Shown: in pieces, positions 37,102 to 50,792 of the stretch
Numbering within the stretch: position 1 is the first letter of the stretch
Layout: the number at the start of each line of letters is the position of its first letter
Assembly: GCF_031769215.1 (NCBI RefSeq)
Contig: NW_026782440.1
Coordinates: 186,001-250,000, forward strand
Length of the DNA: 64,000 bases
Direction: 5' to 3'
From: Ylistrum balloti
Lineage: Eukaryota
Notes under the pieces: model-generated
Told to the model about the DNA's origin: nothing
Database searches by the model: none
The model's input: the letters and a program-made list of their open reading frames with translations, nothing else
Translations under genes and position numbers: made by a program

Positions 37102-40100
37102 ATGAAACATTACGTCATCCGGTTGGCATTGTTCCTGGCCTTCACCTTTCCAGCAACCCCGACTTTCCAATCCGGGGATGTTGACCTAGAGCGTGAGATT
37201 GAGGTGTTCCGCGAGAAAAGGCAAGCGACAGACCCACGTCTGGCCGGGTATATAACGCAGGCTCTGTCGGAAGCTAACGCTGAACTGCTGTACCAGAAAA
37301 ACCTCGACAAAACGATGTTACAACAAGGTAAACAAAGCCATCGCGTGTACTGTACTATACACGACACAGGATACGACTTTAGGAAAATTGCTTACCTTTT
37401 GGAAATTTAATAAAATTAAGTGATAAAGGAGAACGGAACCGATAGATTTTCAAGCTTTTGACATGTAATATACAACTGTAATAATCAATATTATTACTTT
37501 AATTTCTATTTACTTATATATTTCCCATCATATACAATGTATTGTTCTTTTATTTCTGTAACACAAAGTCGATATGATATGATGGACAGGTAGCTATCTG
37601 TTTTAATTCCTTTCATTAAATATATATCTTATCAATGTTACACAACGAAATTACAAGAAACATACACAGTTTTAAATCAAGCTTAAATAAGAATCCATCA
37701 TGACGTCATCATGATGTTCCCGTTCTGTCGGTACATAGATGATAACCACAATATATAACTGACTAGTCATAAAAAATGTCATTTGTTGTGATCTCTGTGA
37801 ACTTTTACTTGTTCCTGTGGCGCGGCGTATGTACGAACAGGTAAAACACATGTTCCTAATGGATTTAAAAGCACCTTTTGTGACCTGGTTTGCTTTACAG
37901 GTATTGATATTCCCGCCGGAAGCCAGTCTTACTTTTGGCACCTCGGGCGATTTCTGTATACCAAGAATAAAGAGGTGGTCGATGTTTTGTCAGATAAGGC
38001 CTGGGTCATCGTCCGGGCGACCAAGCGTCTCGTGGAACTGTAAGGATATCTGACAGCGTATCCAACGTCTTTCGTGTCGTTTTCACCTTCACATTTAAAA
38101 AAATCACCCTGACGACCTTCCGATGGGTAGTCGGTCTGACGAACGGGTCATATCACAGTGTAGTTGTATTTATTCAATATTAACTATAATAGAAGTTTCT
38201 ATGTCATCATTGCTCATATAAAATAAAGTTGAAAACTACTCATTGTTTTATTAAATCTGGTATTTTCAAATCAATTTATTTTCTTTCAAAATCATTTAGC
38301 AAAAATGTCCAAATCGAGGCTGGAGGTGCATTAGCCACTTTTATAATTCAACAGGTTTCTTAATTTCCACACATCTGATATCTCTGTGATGAAAAGTCAG
38401 TGTACAAATAATTACATGTACATGTTCATCTTCTAAAGGACTGGAATGCCCCTCCGCCAACTCATGACGAATCCTCAAGTCGTTGCTGAATGGCGCAAAC
38501 AGGTGGAGCCCACTTGTCCATTTAAACCACCAACATGTGATTTCCGGTATCCATTCCGAACTGCCACCGGATATTGCAACCACCTAAGTGATACAACACA
38601 GGGAGCTGCTCTCACGCGACAACGACGCATGATGTTTAATAGTTATGAGGATGGTATGGCTTGTTAAACCTATGACATAACGTGCGTATACGAACATTGA
38701 TAACTATAATTCAGAGTCAGAGCAATTTAGCCGCCAGTATGGATATATACCTGACTGTTTCTAACATATCTGTAACTAGGCAAATGTAGCGTAGAGGTTC
38801 GTTTGGTGTTCAGAGATCAACGTTTTGAATGTGTCCTGGTACTTTAAACTTTCCCGTAACAACCTAAGCCTTCCTTTCCATAAAAAGAAAAAAAAATTCA
38901 ATGTTCAAAAAGTGAATAAGATCTCCTGAATTTTTGAAAGTCAGTTCTTTTATTGCAACCAGCAAGGAAATAATGTTTTATGTCACTTCCGCCAGATGTA
39001 TGATCGCAGTAAAGAGTGTACGAGATGGTAAAAAATGGACAGGTCATTAGTGAATACAGTGAATACCAGATGTAGAAACGTTTGGCATGCATTTCTTACT
39101 TGTTGTGATATTAGAACTTTCATTCTACATATGTATACCAATATGATAAAACAATTTCCCAATACCTACTGATGTTTCCAGGTATCGATTATCCGAGAGT
39201 CCGAAGTAAGGCCGGAAAGGTTCTGCCCAGTGCTAGACTTGTCAGTAACATTATGCATAAGGCTGGAGAGTGTTCTTTGGCTAGCAAACACTTCACGGTC
39301 ATGATTATGCAGTTCGGACAATTCATTGAACATGACGTCATCTCCACGCCAATGATATCGGGTATGTTGATATACAAATATTTGAATTCAAATTTGCGTA
39401 GAGCCTTTTTGTACAATTAATGAATTCTTTTCTTTCTTCTTCAAATGTAATTGGCACTAGATCTATTGCCTGCGTGCCCGGATGTTTTAATGCACTTTCT
39501 GCGCAATATGTAAAAACAATATCACCATGGAATGATTTTATATCGGCGTGTGTAACCAGCATTAAATCCCATCTCTTTGTATACAGATAATGATAATGTG
39601 ATCCTTTAACAAATTAGACGGCGTTAGTCAGCGTACCTGTTATCTGAGGGTTTGTCTGTGTTTTACTTTGTTACAGGTACTGATGGTGCAGATATCATGT
39701 GTTGTGAGGGCGCTCCAAACGTCACCGCCATGAGGTGAGTTAATTCAGAATATTCCTTCGTTTTGTCTTATTGCACAGGGTATTCTTGTGATCCGGCCTC
39801 TCTTCAAGTATCGGAACGTTGGCCTGATATCCTTGTATGACCTTGAATGACCTTTTGCGTTAAGTTGATTTCCAGTCCGTCCATATGCCTGCACGGACCG
39901 AACGGACAGGGCCTGATATTCAAAATGAAGAGAGATGCAAGTTATCACACTGGCGTGTACTGAAGATGTAACCAACGTTCAAAACAATTATAAAAAGGAA
40001 GCTGATTATCAAAAAACATTTTGTATGCCTTTCAGCTGACGTATCTTCATAGGATACAAAACATAACATAACCAAATTCTGTTGTTCTTTTCTTTTGACG

Positions 40101-43100
40101 TGGACATTTACCATGTATTCTAAACTTACAATGTAAAAATTATATAACTTATATTCTCGTAGGTCTGCCTGTTTTCCTATAAGTATTCCACCTGCTGATG
40201 GTCGCTTCACTGAAAGCTGCATGACCTTCGTCCGTTCTACGCCAGGCCTCAAACTTAATTGTGACATGGGTAATTTGTTCTCTATAAGCGATTCGCGGTT
40301 GTTTGAGTTTTGATAATTAGTCGATGTCTGTTGCTATGGAGCTGGTATATGGGTAGCGTGCCTAGCGATGTCGATTTATTATTCGCTTTTATTTTTAGAA
40401 ACGTTTTATTACTTTGATTCGACAAGTAGACATGTGAATCTTACCTTCGATAAAACACAAAACACTTACTTTTCTCAAACAACGAATCTTTCTTTCCTAT
40501 GTATTTTATTTCCATGGAGATCTTGCTTTTCAGTGTCAAAAATAGTTTTTATTAAGTTTTATTGCTACATATAGACTATCCCAATATAACTTTTCTAAGA
40601 GTTTTCGATTACTGGTTAGTGAGCGACTTATATACACTATTGTAGTTTTGAAATGAAACAGACCAAATCATTGTGTTGATAATTTTTTAATGTTTTCTGA
40701 CGGTTTACATTTGATGACTGTTCATCATTAAGGTATCCGATCCCCTATGAACCAAGCCAGCGCCTTTATGGACGGATCCCAGATTTATGGAACCTCTGAG
40801 GACGAGACGAAGGGACTGAGGTCGTTCCTTGGAGGTATTTGTCCGTCTGAGATAACTTTCTCGTTATCGCGGGTATTTAGTGGGATTATCAAACTATAGA
40901 AGTTACATGGCACATTGTCCTTCAAACGTATTCGCTTTCATGATACCGAAAGCTAAAAAAAACCTTTTTAATAGAATGCAAAACTGATAGATGTAAAAAT
41001 TGTTAATTAAGATTGACCAACTATGAAAGAATATTCCGCTATCAATGTTGCTTTCACTAAATTTGTTTCATGTTAAAGTTAAATGTATGTACATCTCTGA
41101 CCAGGTGTCAAACAAAGCGTAGCCGAATTAACTAAACTGTGTAATTGTTTTCTATAATTTGTTTACCATCTCGTTGCACTATTTTCGACCCGAAAGTACA
41201 CGGGATTATAGTACAGCCTAACAAGTTGGTCGTTTCCTCACCATCTCATACACTATACGTACTCCAGAGCTAGTTCGCTTCACACTAGTAAGATAATTTT
41301 TCTTAAAAAGGTAATCATCGGGACGTTACACTCAAATGTGCTACTGGTTGAGTTATATGAACTTTACTGTTAAAGACTTAGTTGCATTACTCTTGTTAGC
41401 CGGAATAGGGGCCATACTATTTGCAAGAATCGTATATCGTACTGTGTTGTCCTATGGTGTCATCATTACAACTCCCAGTATCTCAGTATTTCATTTGGTG
41501 CATGGCGCGCCTAGATGATGGTATGACTTCTGATAGGTCCTTAATAGTTTAACGCCTTTCTCATACCTACAAGACCTTCACTGTTGCTTGGTCATAAAAC
41601 CATAGACAAACAATCGTGATGACGATATTTTTTATAAATGTGGGATTCGCTTGTAGACATCTTGTCTGATTGCATTTGTAAACAAACAAGTTTACGCTAC
41701 AGCAGTATAAAAGAAATACGCCCTCCTATAATTCTCACACATTTAAATCTAAAACACAAATCGTGTCTTAATCTCCTTTATAATTGCTGTTTCTAAGTCT
41801 TAGGGGAAGTTAATTGAATGCAATTGTGATATTAAATGTTTGTTTACGGGATTTTTCGGTCACGTGAGACACATTTGATCATATCAGTGGAGCTGGTGTG
41901 CTAAACGTCAAACAGTAAAGTAAACACTGACCATTGCTAAGGTTTTAAATATACTAATGTTGGACACATGTAAGAGTTTTGGTAAAACATCACGGTCGCT
42001 ATCACACGCCCAGCGTTTCTCTGTGATCACATGTAGGTTGTGTTTGTGTAGTCGGTTGTTGATTATATACACATCACCAATCGATGACGTCTGTAGACAC
42101 TTACGATGTGACGTACAATGTAGGTAGTATTATCTTGTGTAGAAATATACTTATAGGTGACGGACGTAAATCTTCGTCCCAGACATTATAGCATTTACGT
42201 AAATATTTAGTAAGATATTACCTTTGTGTCTTTGTTTATCAAGCTACCCCGTTTTCATTTCATTGTAATTATTTTATTTTATCAAAAACATATTTTGTTG
42301 CAAACTTTATCATCACAAATAATATATATATATTATATAATTCCAACCGAAACCACGAGTTTTAAACGCTTATATCCTATTTATTTTGTTGGGATACTCC
42401 ATTCGGTGTTATACCTGTAGCAGATTTTATTTTTATTTTATTTTTTTATTTTAGTGAACTATTGAAGGTCTCTTTTTATCCATTTGTTTGCAAGTCCCAT
42501 GCCTAGATTATCTTCACCGCAAAACTAATTCAACGCTGGGTCAAAAGGGCAACCGACCCGAAAGAGAGTATATTCTAACTGTATATTTGAAAAAAATGTA
42601 GATAACGAGGTCATATACTTGTAGTGACGGCCATATTTAACAGGGAAAACACTACAGGTCATTACATTTTTTAACCGAGAAAAATAAAAATGAGAAAAAG
42701 TAGATTCCATTTCGTGGCTGCATTTTCAAAAAATGTTATAAAATGGCATTAAGAGGAAATGTCGACCTGACAAAGTAATAATAATTTAAGTGCGACATGT
42801 TAATACTGCTTGTTACGGAGCCCGTTAACTGACATGCTCCATACTTATTTTATTTCGTTTTTTCGAAATAATAATTCGTCTTATTTCGAAAAAACGAAAT
42901 AATATTTCGAAAAAACGAAATAAAATAAGTATGGAGCATGTCAGTTAACGGGCTCCGTAGCTTGTCATCCTCACTGGAACATTTTTTTGATTTTCACGGA
43001 TTGTCATTAAAGCGTAACATTTGAAATATATTTAAGAGGCTGACACAGATATTGATAATTAATTATTAAACAAGACAAATCGGCCTAAATTAATTTGTGT

Positions 43101-45918
43101 GGTGTTGTATTTTTCTGAGGAATGTTGAAAATGACTACACTGGGGTTGCCCCCTCCGAGTGACGAAGAGATGTGCATTAAGGAAGCTCCGGGAGATTATT
43201 GCATGCTGGCTGGTAAGATCGCTACATAATGTTGGACGTATTGAGACGTTACATTATCATTATGAACAAGTTGGTTTTTGCGGTTATTTTTAACATGAAA
43301 CGTTTCTCCTAACTTAAAAAAACCCTAAACTGTTGTTTTTTGTGATGCCTTTAAGGTGACTTCCGGGTGAACCACGTTCCTGGATTGACTGTGCTCCACA
43401 CTACGTTCTTAAGAGAACACAACCGCATTGCTACCCACTTAACTCGAATAAATCCGGGCTGGAATGACGAGCGGGCATTCCAGGAAACTCGGAAAATCAT
43501 TATAGGTATGCTTCAACACATGGTATACAATGAGCTACTTCCGTCCATTCTAAACGAGGATCATCTTATTAGGTATAATATTCGTTCGAGTCCTAGAGGA
43601 TTCAGTGCGGCATATGACCCTGACACCGATGCTTCGATAATGATGGGATTTTCGGCAGCTGCAATGCGCTTCCCTCATACACGAATACCAGATGTACAAG
43701 GAATGGTAGACGACTCATTTTCGTCACAACGGAATAATTTTATATTTGCCACATTTGATAAACCAAGGTTCATTTTGGAAAGAATGGGACAAGCTTTAAA
43801 TGACTTTGCTAGATGGCTTATTTCATTTCCGGTAATGGAAGACGATAGATTTGTAGAAGATGGAGTACGAGATTTTCTTTTCTTGGATAATAGAGGCCAT
43901 AGTTTTGATTTAGTCGCTTTGAATATTCAAAGAGCACGTGATCAAGGTATCCCAACATACAACGAGTGGCGAAAGTTATGCGGTCTTGTTCCCGCCACAT
44001 TTTTTACATCCGGGCCAGGCGGTCTCGTCGATCATGAGCCCGAATCTGTGAGACTGCTTTCAACTGTATACAGGTTTGTACATTTTCACAATATGATAAA
44101 TATATATATATACCGGCCCGAAAATTACCACGGGCACGTTTTTAATGTTTATCTATAGACACTTGTATGTCCAATCTACTAATTTAGAATGTGATATAAA
44201 CGCAATTTTTACAATATCAAGCCGTTTTATTTTCAGTTTGCAGCTTGCACTAATGACAGTGTAAAATAAAATGTAACGATATATATGTCATAATATAACA
44301 CCAATTATTATACCAGTGACGTGGATGACATTGACCTGTTTACGGGAGGATTGTCTGAAATTACACTTCCTGGAGCCGCAACTGGACCAACGTTCGCCTG
44401 TATCATCGCCACACAATTCCGGAGCTTAAAAGTCGGTGACAGATTTTGGTATGAAAACATGCATCCAATTACTGGATTTACTGAGGGTAAGTGTCGGAAA
44501 CCGACCAGGTTTGCTAAGTAGCAAAGCATCCTCTGTTGACAGATCAGATTCAATAATCACTTATTCTAAGGATGGAGAATTCAAACTCACTGTTCAAGTG
44601 AGACAATACCACGTGAGTGATTGCTATCTGGATTAAGATTTCATTTAGATTATCACAACTTTTTTATGGATGTCGTACATAGAACACATCGGCGCGTTCC
44701 TCGTCTTCCATTGTATTATGGTACAACAGATGAGAATTTCAACATTCATTAAATTATATTTTCTCATTTTTAAACTGAAGACGAAATTTTAAACAAAAAC
44801 TTTGTAGAAACTGTATTAAAGTCTGGCTGCGTCACAGGAAAAATAATATAACGATTTTAAACTAATCGCAGTAATTTTTTTTTTTTTTTTTTGTCATTTA
44901 AATTATTTTGCAGAACAACTAAACGAGATAAAAAAGATCCGGCTGTCCCGAGTGATGTGTGACAATCTCGATGTTCCCTTTATACAACCAAACGTCTTCC
45001 GTTTTGTTGGTAATGGGTAAGTCAGTGACCATTTTCGTAGATTATTAATCGATGTTTGAAAGAAATATTGTAGCCGTAGTTGATGTTTTCTTTAAATAGT
45101 CGTGTCACATCCAGTCACATCGTTGAAAAGATGTCCAATTAAGTAAGAATGTAGGACATACCCATCATAGAATCTATTCTTTATCCGTATACCGATGCTT
45201 ACCTTGGAATTGGAAATGCATGTGTATATGGTGAAACACTCTACATATTGGGGATACTGAGCCATTTTTTTTTTGCACTGAGCTCAGTTTCGTATTTGAA
45301 CAAAACAAGAAAATATCTGTGAATCAACGCCATCTTCATTCGAACTTACAATCGATTAAACAAAGCAAAACGATGAACAAAAGAAAGGTTTATTTGGATA
45401 TCAACACAACATACGGAATTGTAAGCATCTTCTGCTTCACCAGTCATGTACATTTTGGTCAGTACCAATAGGGTCAAAGACAGCCATACAGGAAGAATCA
45501 GGCATACCAAAGAACCTCACATACGTGTAAATCCACCAAATCACGACTATTAACAAACTCAGTTCATAGATTACAAGCATGGTACTATGTTGACGTACTT
45601 ACGGAGAAAACACCTCATATTTTGAAAAGTAAAACAAATATTACAAGATATGACCAGTTCATTCTCTCTTCAAAATTAGTGAAGAGTCAATTTAAACCAA
45701 ATACAATGACTGACACTCTCCCATCAGTTTCCTGACAAACGCATTTTTTATTCTTAGTTGTAGAATTGTTTATATCGCTAAATTAATAAACAACGCATGT
45801 TCTTCGGTATGACTGCGATGAATAACTTTGTGATATTATTTTCCTTTGTTTCAGGAACGCGCGTGTAAGCTGTGGGGATCTTCCGAACATAAACCTCGAC
45901 ACATGGAAAGATGAATGA
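37102..45918 (+). CDS. Secreted animal haem peroxidase (peroxidase-cyclooxygenase superfamily; peroxinectin/chorion-peroxidase-like), paralog 1, 724 aa
   Basis: join(37102..37327,37901..38039,38439..38653,39182..39361,39677..39734,40163..40269,40733..40834,43120..43212,43356..44073,44317..44486,44914..45016,45855..45918) = 2175 nt, phases continuous. Signal-peptide-like N-terminus. Motifs: YPFRTATGYCNHL, LPSARLVSN, FGQFIEHD, CFPI.IP..D.RF...C M.FVRS, NQASAFMDGSQIYG, GDFRVNH.PGL..LHT.FLREHNR, MRFPH, DLVALNIQRARDQG, DIDLFTGGLSE, GDRFWYE. AATAAA at 45961-45966. Confidence 0.92.
42814..42959. mobile_element. 146-bp foldback MITE, IS3EU-like (TAC..GTA termini, 6-bp TSD), in peroxidase 1 intron 7
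   Basis: Perfect 57-bp inverted repeats at 42814-42870 and 42903-42959; direct repeat GCTTGT at 42808-42813 and 42960-42965. Confidence 0.85.
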
Positions 45919-48625
45919 TAAGATATTTTACATTTTAAATTTGGATACGAAATGAAAAATAATAAAGAAAATTTAGATATATCTGAAGCTCGAAAGAAAC
46001 TTATTTCTGTGAATTGTCGGTAAGGTAGATATTGATAAAATGGCATTACTTAACACGTAATTGGTAATTAAAAGTATGACCTATTAGAAACAAATAATAT
46101 GCTATCACGATTACGCATTTCATTATTGTGTAAAACCATTGTTTTTATTGGCTCTATTAAAAGTAAAATTTACGAACATAAAACGATGTTATAATTTGGA
46201 TACGAGTTTTACTTAAAGCTGTAATAAAACCAACTGAGAAAAAACGTAACAGCGTCTGGTATTATTTCATGAAAATTAATGATGAAGTCACCCAAAAGGT
46301 AACGATTAGTAGTAACTGGATATGCTGTCATTTGTAAGGTGGACGGATTCTATAGATATAGATTGAGGTTAAGATGTCTGCACGATTTTCATGCATGTAA
46401 TGACAGACCGTAACCAGTAAAATTTAAATGGATTTTGCTACTTTGAAAGGCAAATGTAATGACAGAGGAAAGGGGAGTAAGAGAGTATAACACACTATAT
46501 TGGTGATAAATTATCTCGATAAAATATCAAATCATGAAATGTAGATCATACGTTAATTGTTGGTTAATAATATACTGACGCATGGTGTGTAAGTTACTTG
46601 TTAAGTTAAATAAACACCTGAACCCAAGATACATGTAAAAAAATGAATAAGAAGAAAAAAAAAAAAAAAAAACGAAAATGATTTTAATGTGTAAGGGCGT
46701 AGTGATAATTATTGTCAAACCAGTACATCTTTCTGTTTTCATAGTTATGTAAATATCATATATAAAGAATAGTTATACACATTACCGAAATCAATGAAAA
46801 GATTACCCTGTACAGTTTGAAATCATCTAATTTGTTACATTTAGAGAAGAGTACATATTAAGATAATTCATTAGAGTTTATTCCGATTGGTTTGCTGATA
46901 AAATCATTATGTTATAACCCGTAGGTGGTTTTATCTTTAAATACTACCGCACTGTAGCAACATATACACGTTAAACATTTATTTCGCTATTCCTGGCTAT
47001 GTTAAGTGTATAAATACATGTTATTCAAATTGTGTTTATGTAGGCACTTTATCTCAGCACTATCTGCTATCAAATCACTGCCTTTAGGGTTATTTAAGAT
47101 GTTGTCCGTACACCTGTGTATGATAAAACACGCATTGTATTGAAGATAATCATATTTTTGATATCTAAACTGTTAGTTTTGATATTTAAATAACATTACC
47201 CGAGAGTCACACCTTCTCACCTGACCATACTATAAATAGCAACAGAACATACACGAAATACATGGTTATCAAATGATACTGAACAATCAAGAACCGTATA
47301 TGAAAGTTCAAGTAACCAAAATAAAACACCGGAACTAAATGTCGAATTTCAATGTGAATATTGATAACTGGATATTGACGTTCCGAATAGGAACTGGTTT
47401 TGTCCATTTTGTCCAGGCATTATTGCACGATAATCGCTCGAAATACATGTGTTACTTTCATGAAATGTATTCGCTCCTCATAATTGTCTCTACTAAGTTC
47501 GTCTTCAAAAACATTTTTATGTTACAAATATTGTTAGATATTTTTTCTTGTTAAGCTTGTGAACGTCATTATAAGATAAGAACACCTGTTTTTGCACATA
47601 GCTTTTTGATAACTTTATCAATTAGGAAATGCATTGGAAACAAAAAAGTGCTCGTTTTTCACGACAGGACATCATATCAAAATAGATGGTCCGACGGAGG
47701 ATAAACATAATTGCATATGCATACAATGTAAACACACATGGACATTTGTAATAGCTCTGACTTTTTGCATTGTTAGGATTTTGAATCAAATTATAACTCA
47801 AGAATTTCTTATCTTATAAGAGACGGGAAAAATAATTGTGTCGATAGTAGACTAAGTTCGCAATATGCACTTCGTTCTCATTTTGAATTACATGTGCATG
47901 TGTCATCCCATTAAAACACAAAGAAACCTTATTCCAAAATTGCAGTATCTGTAGTATCTACCTTTTCCTAAAATGTAGCTGACTTTATGAGATTTTATAC
48001 CTGATGGGTTGTCGTTATCACTGAAGTCCATGATCAAACAAACAGACACATAGATATTTAATGCGATACAACGAATTAGAGAGTAAAATAAAGGCGCATT
48101 AATGGTGTGATTGAGTTGTATATTGAAAGGTGAGTCACTGAAATAAGAAGATATTCTGTAACAATTTTCATCGCTCACAATGCAGTTTATGCACTGTAAC
48201 AACTTTCATGGAGTCCGTTAAACTTATAAAACCTTAAATAGAACCTGCCAACCTGTGTCTGCTTTCTACATTTAGAAACAACGTGTCAATAGTTCAATAA
48301 ACTCTATAAAATTGTCCAGGTTTGAGTCTAATTATAACCGTAATTCACTACCATTTCTGTAAAGTAATACCTTTCAAAAATATTTGGCCTACGTCAAGGT
48401 CATATCGTGACACTGGGTACATCTACAGTCAAGAATTAGACCTGTAGACCTCTACTTGACATACACACTATTACCTCCTGCAAGTGCTGCCGTTGGCAGT
48501 TTAACGGTTGAAGTATTATTCTCTTTTGTTTTGAAAGTCAACACAGACCACTTGGCCCATTAGAATACATGCACCTTCAGATAGGTCGTTAATCATCCTA
48601 TAACGAAATTGTTCGAGAATGACAA

Positions 48626-48750
48626 CTGTAAAGATGGATTATTTTGATGGCTCAGATTTTCGCAGTTTTGCTAACATCAAAATTATAACACCAACTACAG
48701 TTTTGTTGGTGAAATTTTATTTCAAGGGATCAATTTTCGCAAATTTACAG
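48626..48750. mobile_element. Degenerate short MITE
   Basis: CTGTAAA ... TTTACAG inverted termini with internal attttcgc repeats; only a 7-bp terminal match. Confidence 0.3.
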
Positions 48751-50179
48751 GAACCCTGGAAACATAAACTCCTATTTTTTTTACATTAATAAGAGGTTTT
48801 TAATTTACACTTAAGATATAATAGTCTTCTTAATTTAACATGAAATGTAATGACTTTATTAAAACGTTAACTGTTTGTTTGTTATGTGTGTTTGTTGGAT
48901 AAGAGTTTCGACGCTATTTTGAGTGAGAAGGATTATACATGTTTATGCGCCTAATGGTAGTCGCACATGATAAGGAGGGAATGTGCGACATTAGTGGCAA
49001 TTTCTATGAGAACGGAAAAATTATGATGCAGTTTAACTTATTGTTTGACTCAGTAGTATCTGAGTCTGAATTTATATCAAAATATGCTTTTTACTTGAGT
49101 GTCTTTTATACAGTCGTTTGGTTTTATTTGATAGTGATATATGTTATAAATATGTTTTATTGTTTGTATTGTGTTTTCATAAGCTGTTTTATCTTTCGTA
49201 AATACACAATCGGCACACAAATTACAATGCTATTGTCGAGTAAAATCTGAAATCAACACTTAGATCCTTTCACTTGGAGAGATTGATGTTATGTATCCAG
49301 ACTTAATTCATTGTATCGAATATATCTAATTCCACTTGATACACATTCGCTAAAGGGCACCGTATCATAAAGGACTTTGTTTTAAAGGGGATTACACATG
49401 TTAGTGGTTGCTAAGTCTAGTTATTTTAAGCACAAACTATGACCAGCAAACTGTTTATTAAGTTTGCTAAAACGTTGACTGTAACCAGACAGATTTTATA
49501 TCTAACAAAGACTGAAATGGGATATTCGATGGAAAAAATAAATGTAATTCCGGTAAAATCCATTGTTTTGAATTGTGTTCAACGGATTGTTTCATTTTCT
49601 GCAATGATCACTTATTCACATGGAATCACAATACAAACACATATACGTATATATCGAAATAAATTCAAACAACACGAAGACGTAAACATATATTAAGGAT
49701 CGGCACTCCATTCAATACAGCCCCTTTAAAAGACGTATCTTATGCTATGTAAACTGGACACTCACTTTATATTACAACCCACCCGCTTGCATGTCTTCGA
49801 CGTTCTACGCAAAATAAAGCCCCAATTAAAAATCGTAACATATTAATTTAAAAGTTCTGTAATGAGATAAGATATCATCATTGATTATATACGGCAATTT
49901 CATGACGTAATGACAAATGGACTCAAGTTAGTATATGACTCGTACGCGCGAGTGAACGGTTTGCTGGTTTTACGGAAGGAATGTCCTTGGCTTAAACAGA
50001 TGGCGCTGTTATCTTAGCCTTAGGGTTGTACAAAATTGACCAATGTGATTAGTTCATTGTAAGGGATAGGTAGGAATATTTTGTTGATTCAATTATATCC
50101 GCCGAGACCAGCTTGAAAAAAACTTACATTAGTTGACATAGTGTTCATAACAAAAAAAATCGTTAATTGTATGGGATTT

Positions 50180-50220
50180 TAAAATACATTTTTCTAAACA
50201 ACTTGAGACACATTGCACAG
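50180..50220 (+). other. Possible non-coding first exon of peroxidase paralog 2
   Basis: Consensus donor CAG/GTAAGT at 50220/50221; acceptor tttttatatttgacag|C at 50790, two nt before the ATG. The 5' end is a guess. Confidence 0.4.
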
Positions 50221-50792
50221 GTAAGTCAAAAAGTACTTATTTATTCAATATTTGTTGACTTTCATTTTCCCGTTAAAACCATCATTTATGATAACGACAT
50301 TGATATTATCGATATTGATTTTTTTCTTATTAAACATATTTGTCTTCACACTGTTATAAAAATGCTAGGTTTGAATTTGTTTCATTGAGAACTGCATGCT
50401 TTTAAAAATTCATGTCTCTCTAGAACTATTGATATGTAATTTTCTATGACGAGGTAAATGACATCACTCCCTTCCCTTATTCTTATATTGTTCAATCTAG
50501 TAAGAACAATGAGCTTTTGCGATTTTTATCCTTCCTAAAGGAAACTAAATTATAGTGTTGTTTCGGCGTTAGTAGTATTCGTCATTGATGCTAAGGGCCT
50601 AAACTTTGAAGCCAAGGAGACGAATGAGGAAAATCCAAGATGGTCGCAACCATTGATTGAAGAGATAACTAAATTGAGCTGACTATCGATGTTGATAGTA
50701 AAGTGTAACACACATCCTCAATTCCTGAAGTTTCAAAGAATCTTGATCAATTCGTATATTCAGCCGTTCGTGCCTTTTTATATTTGACAGCA

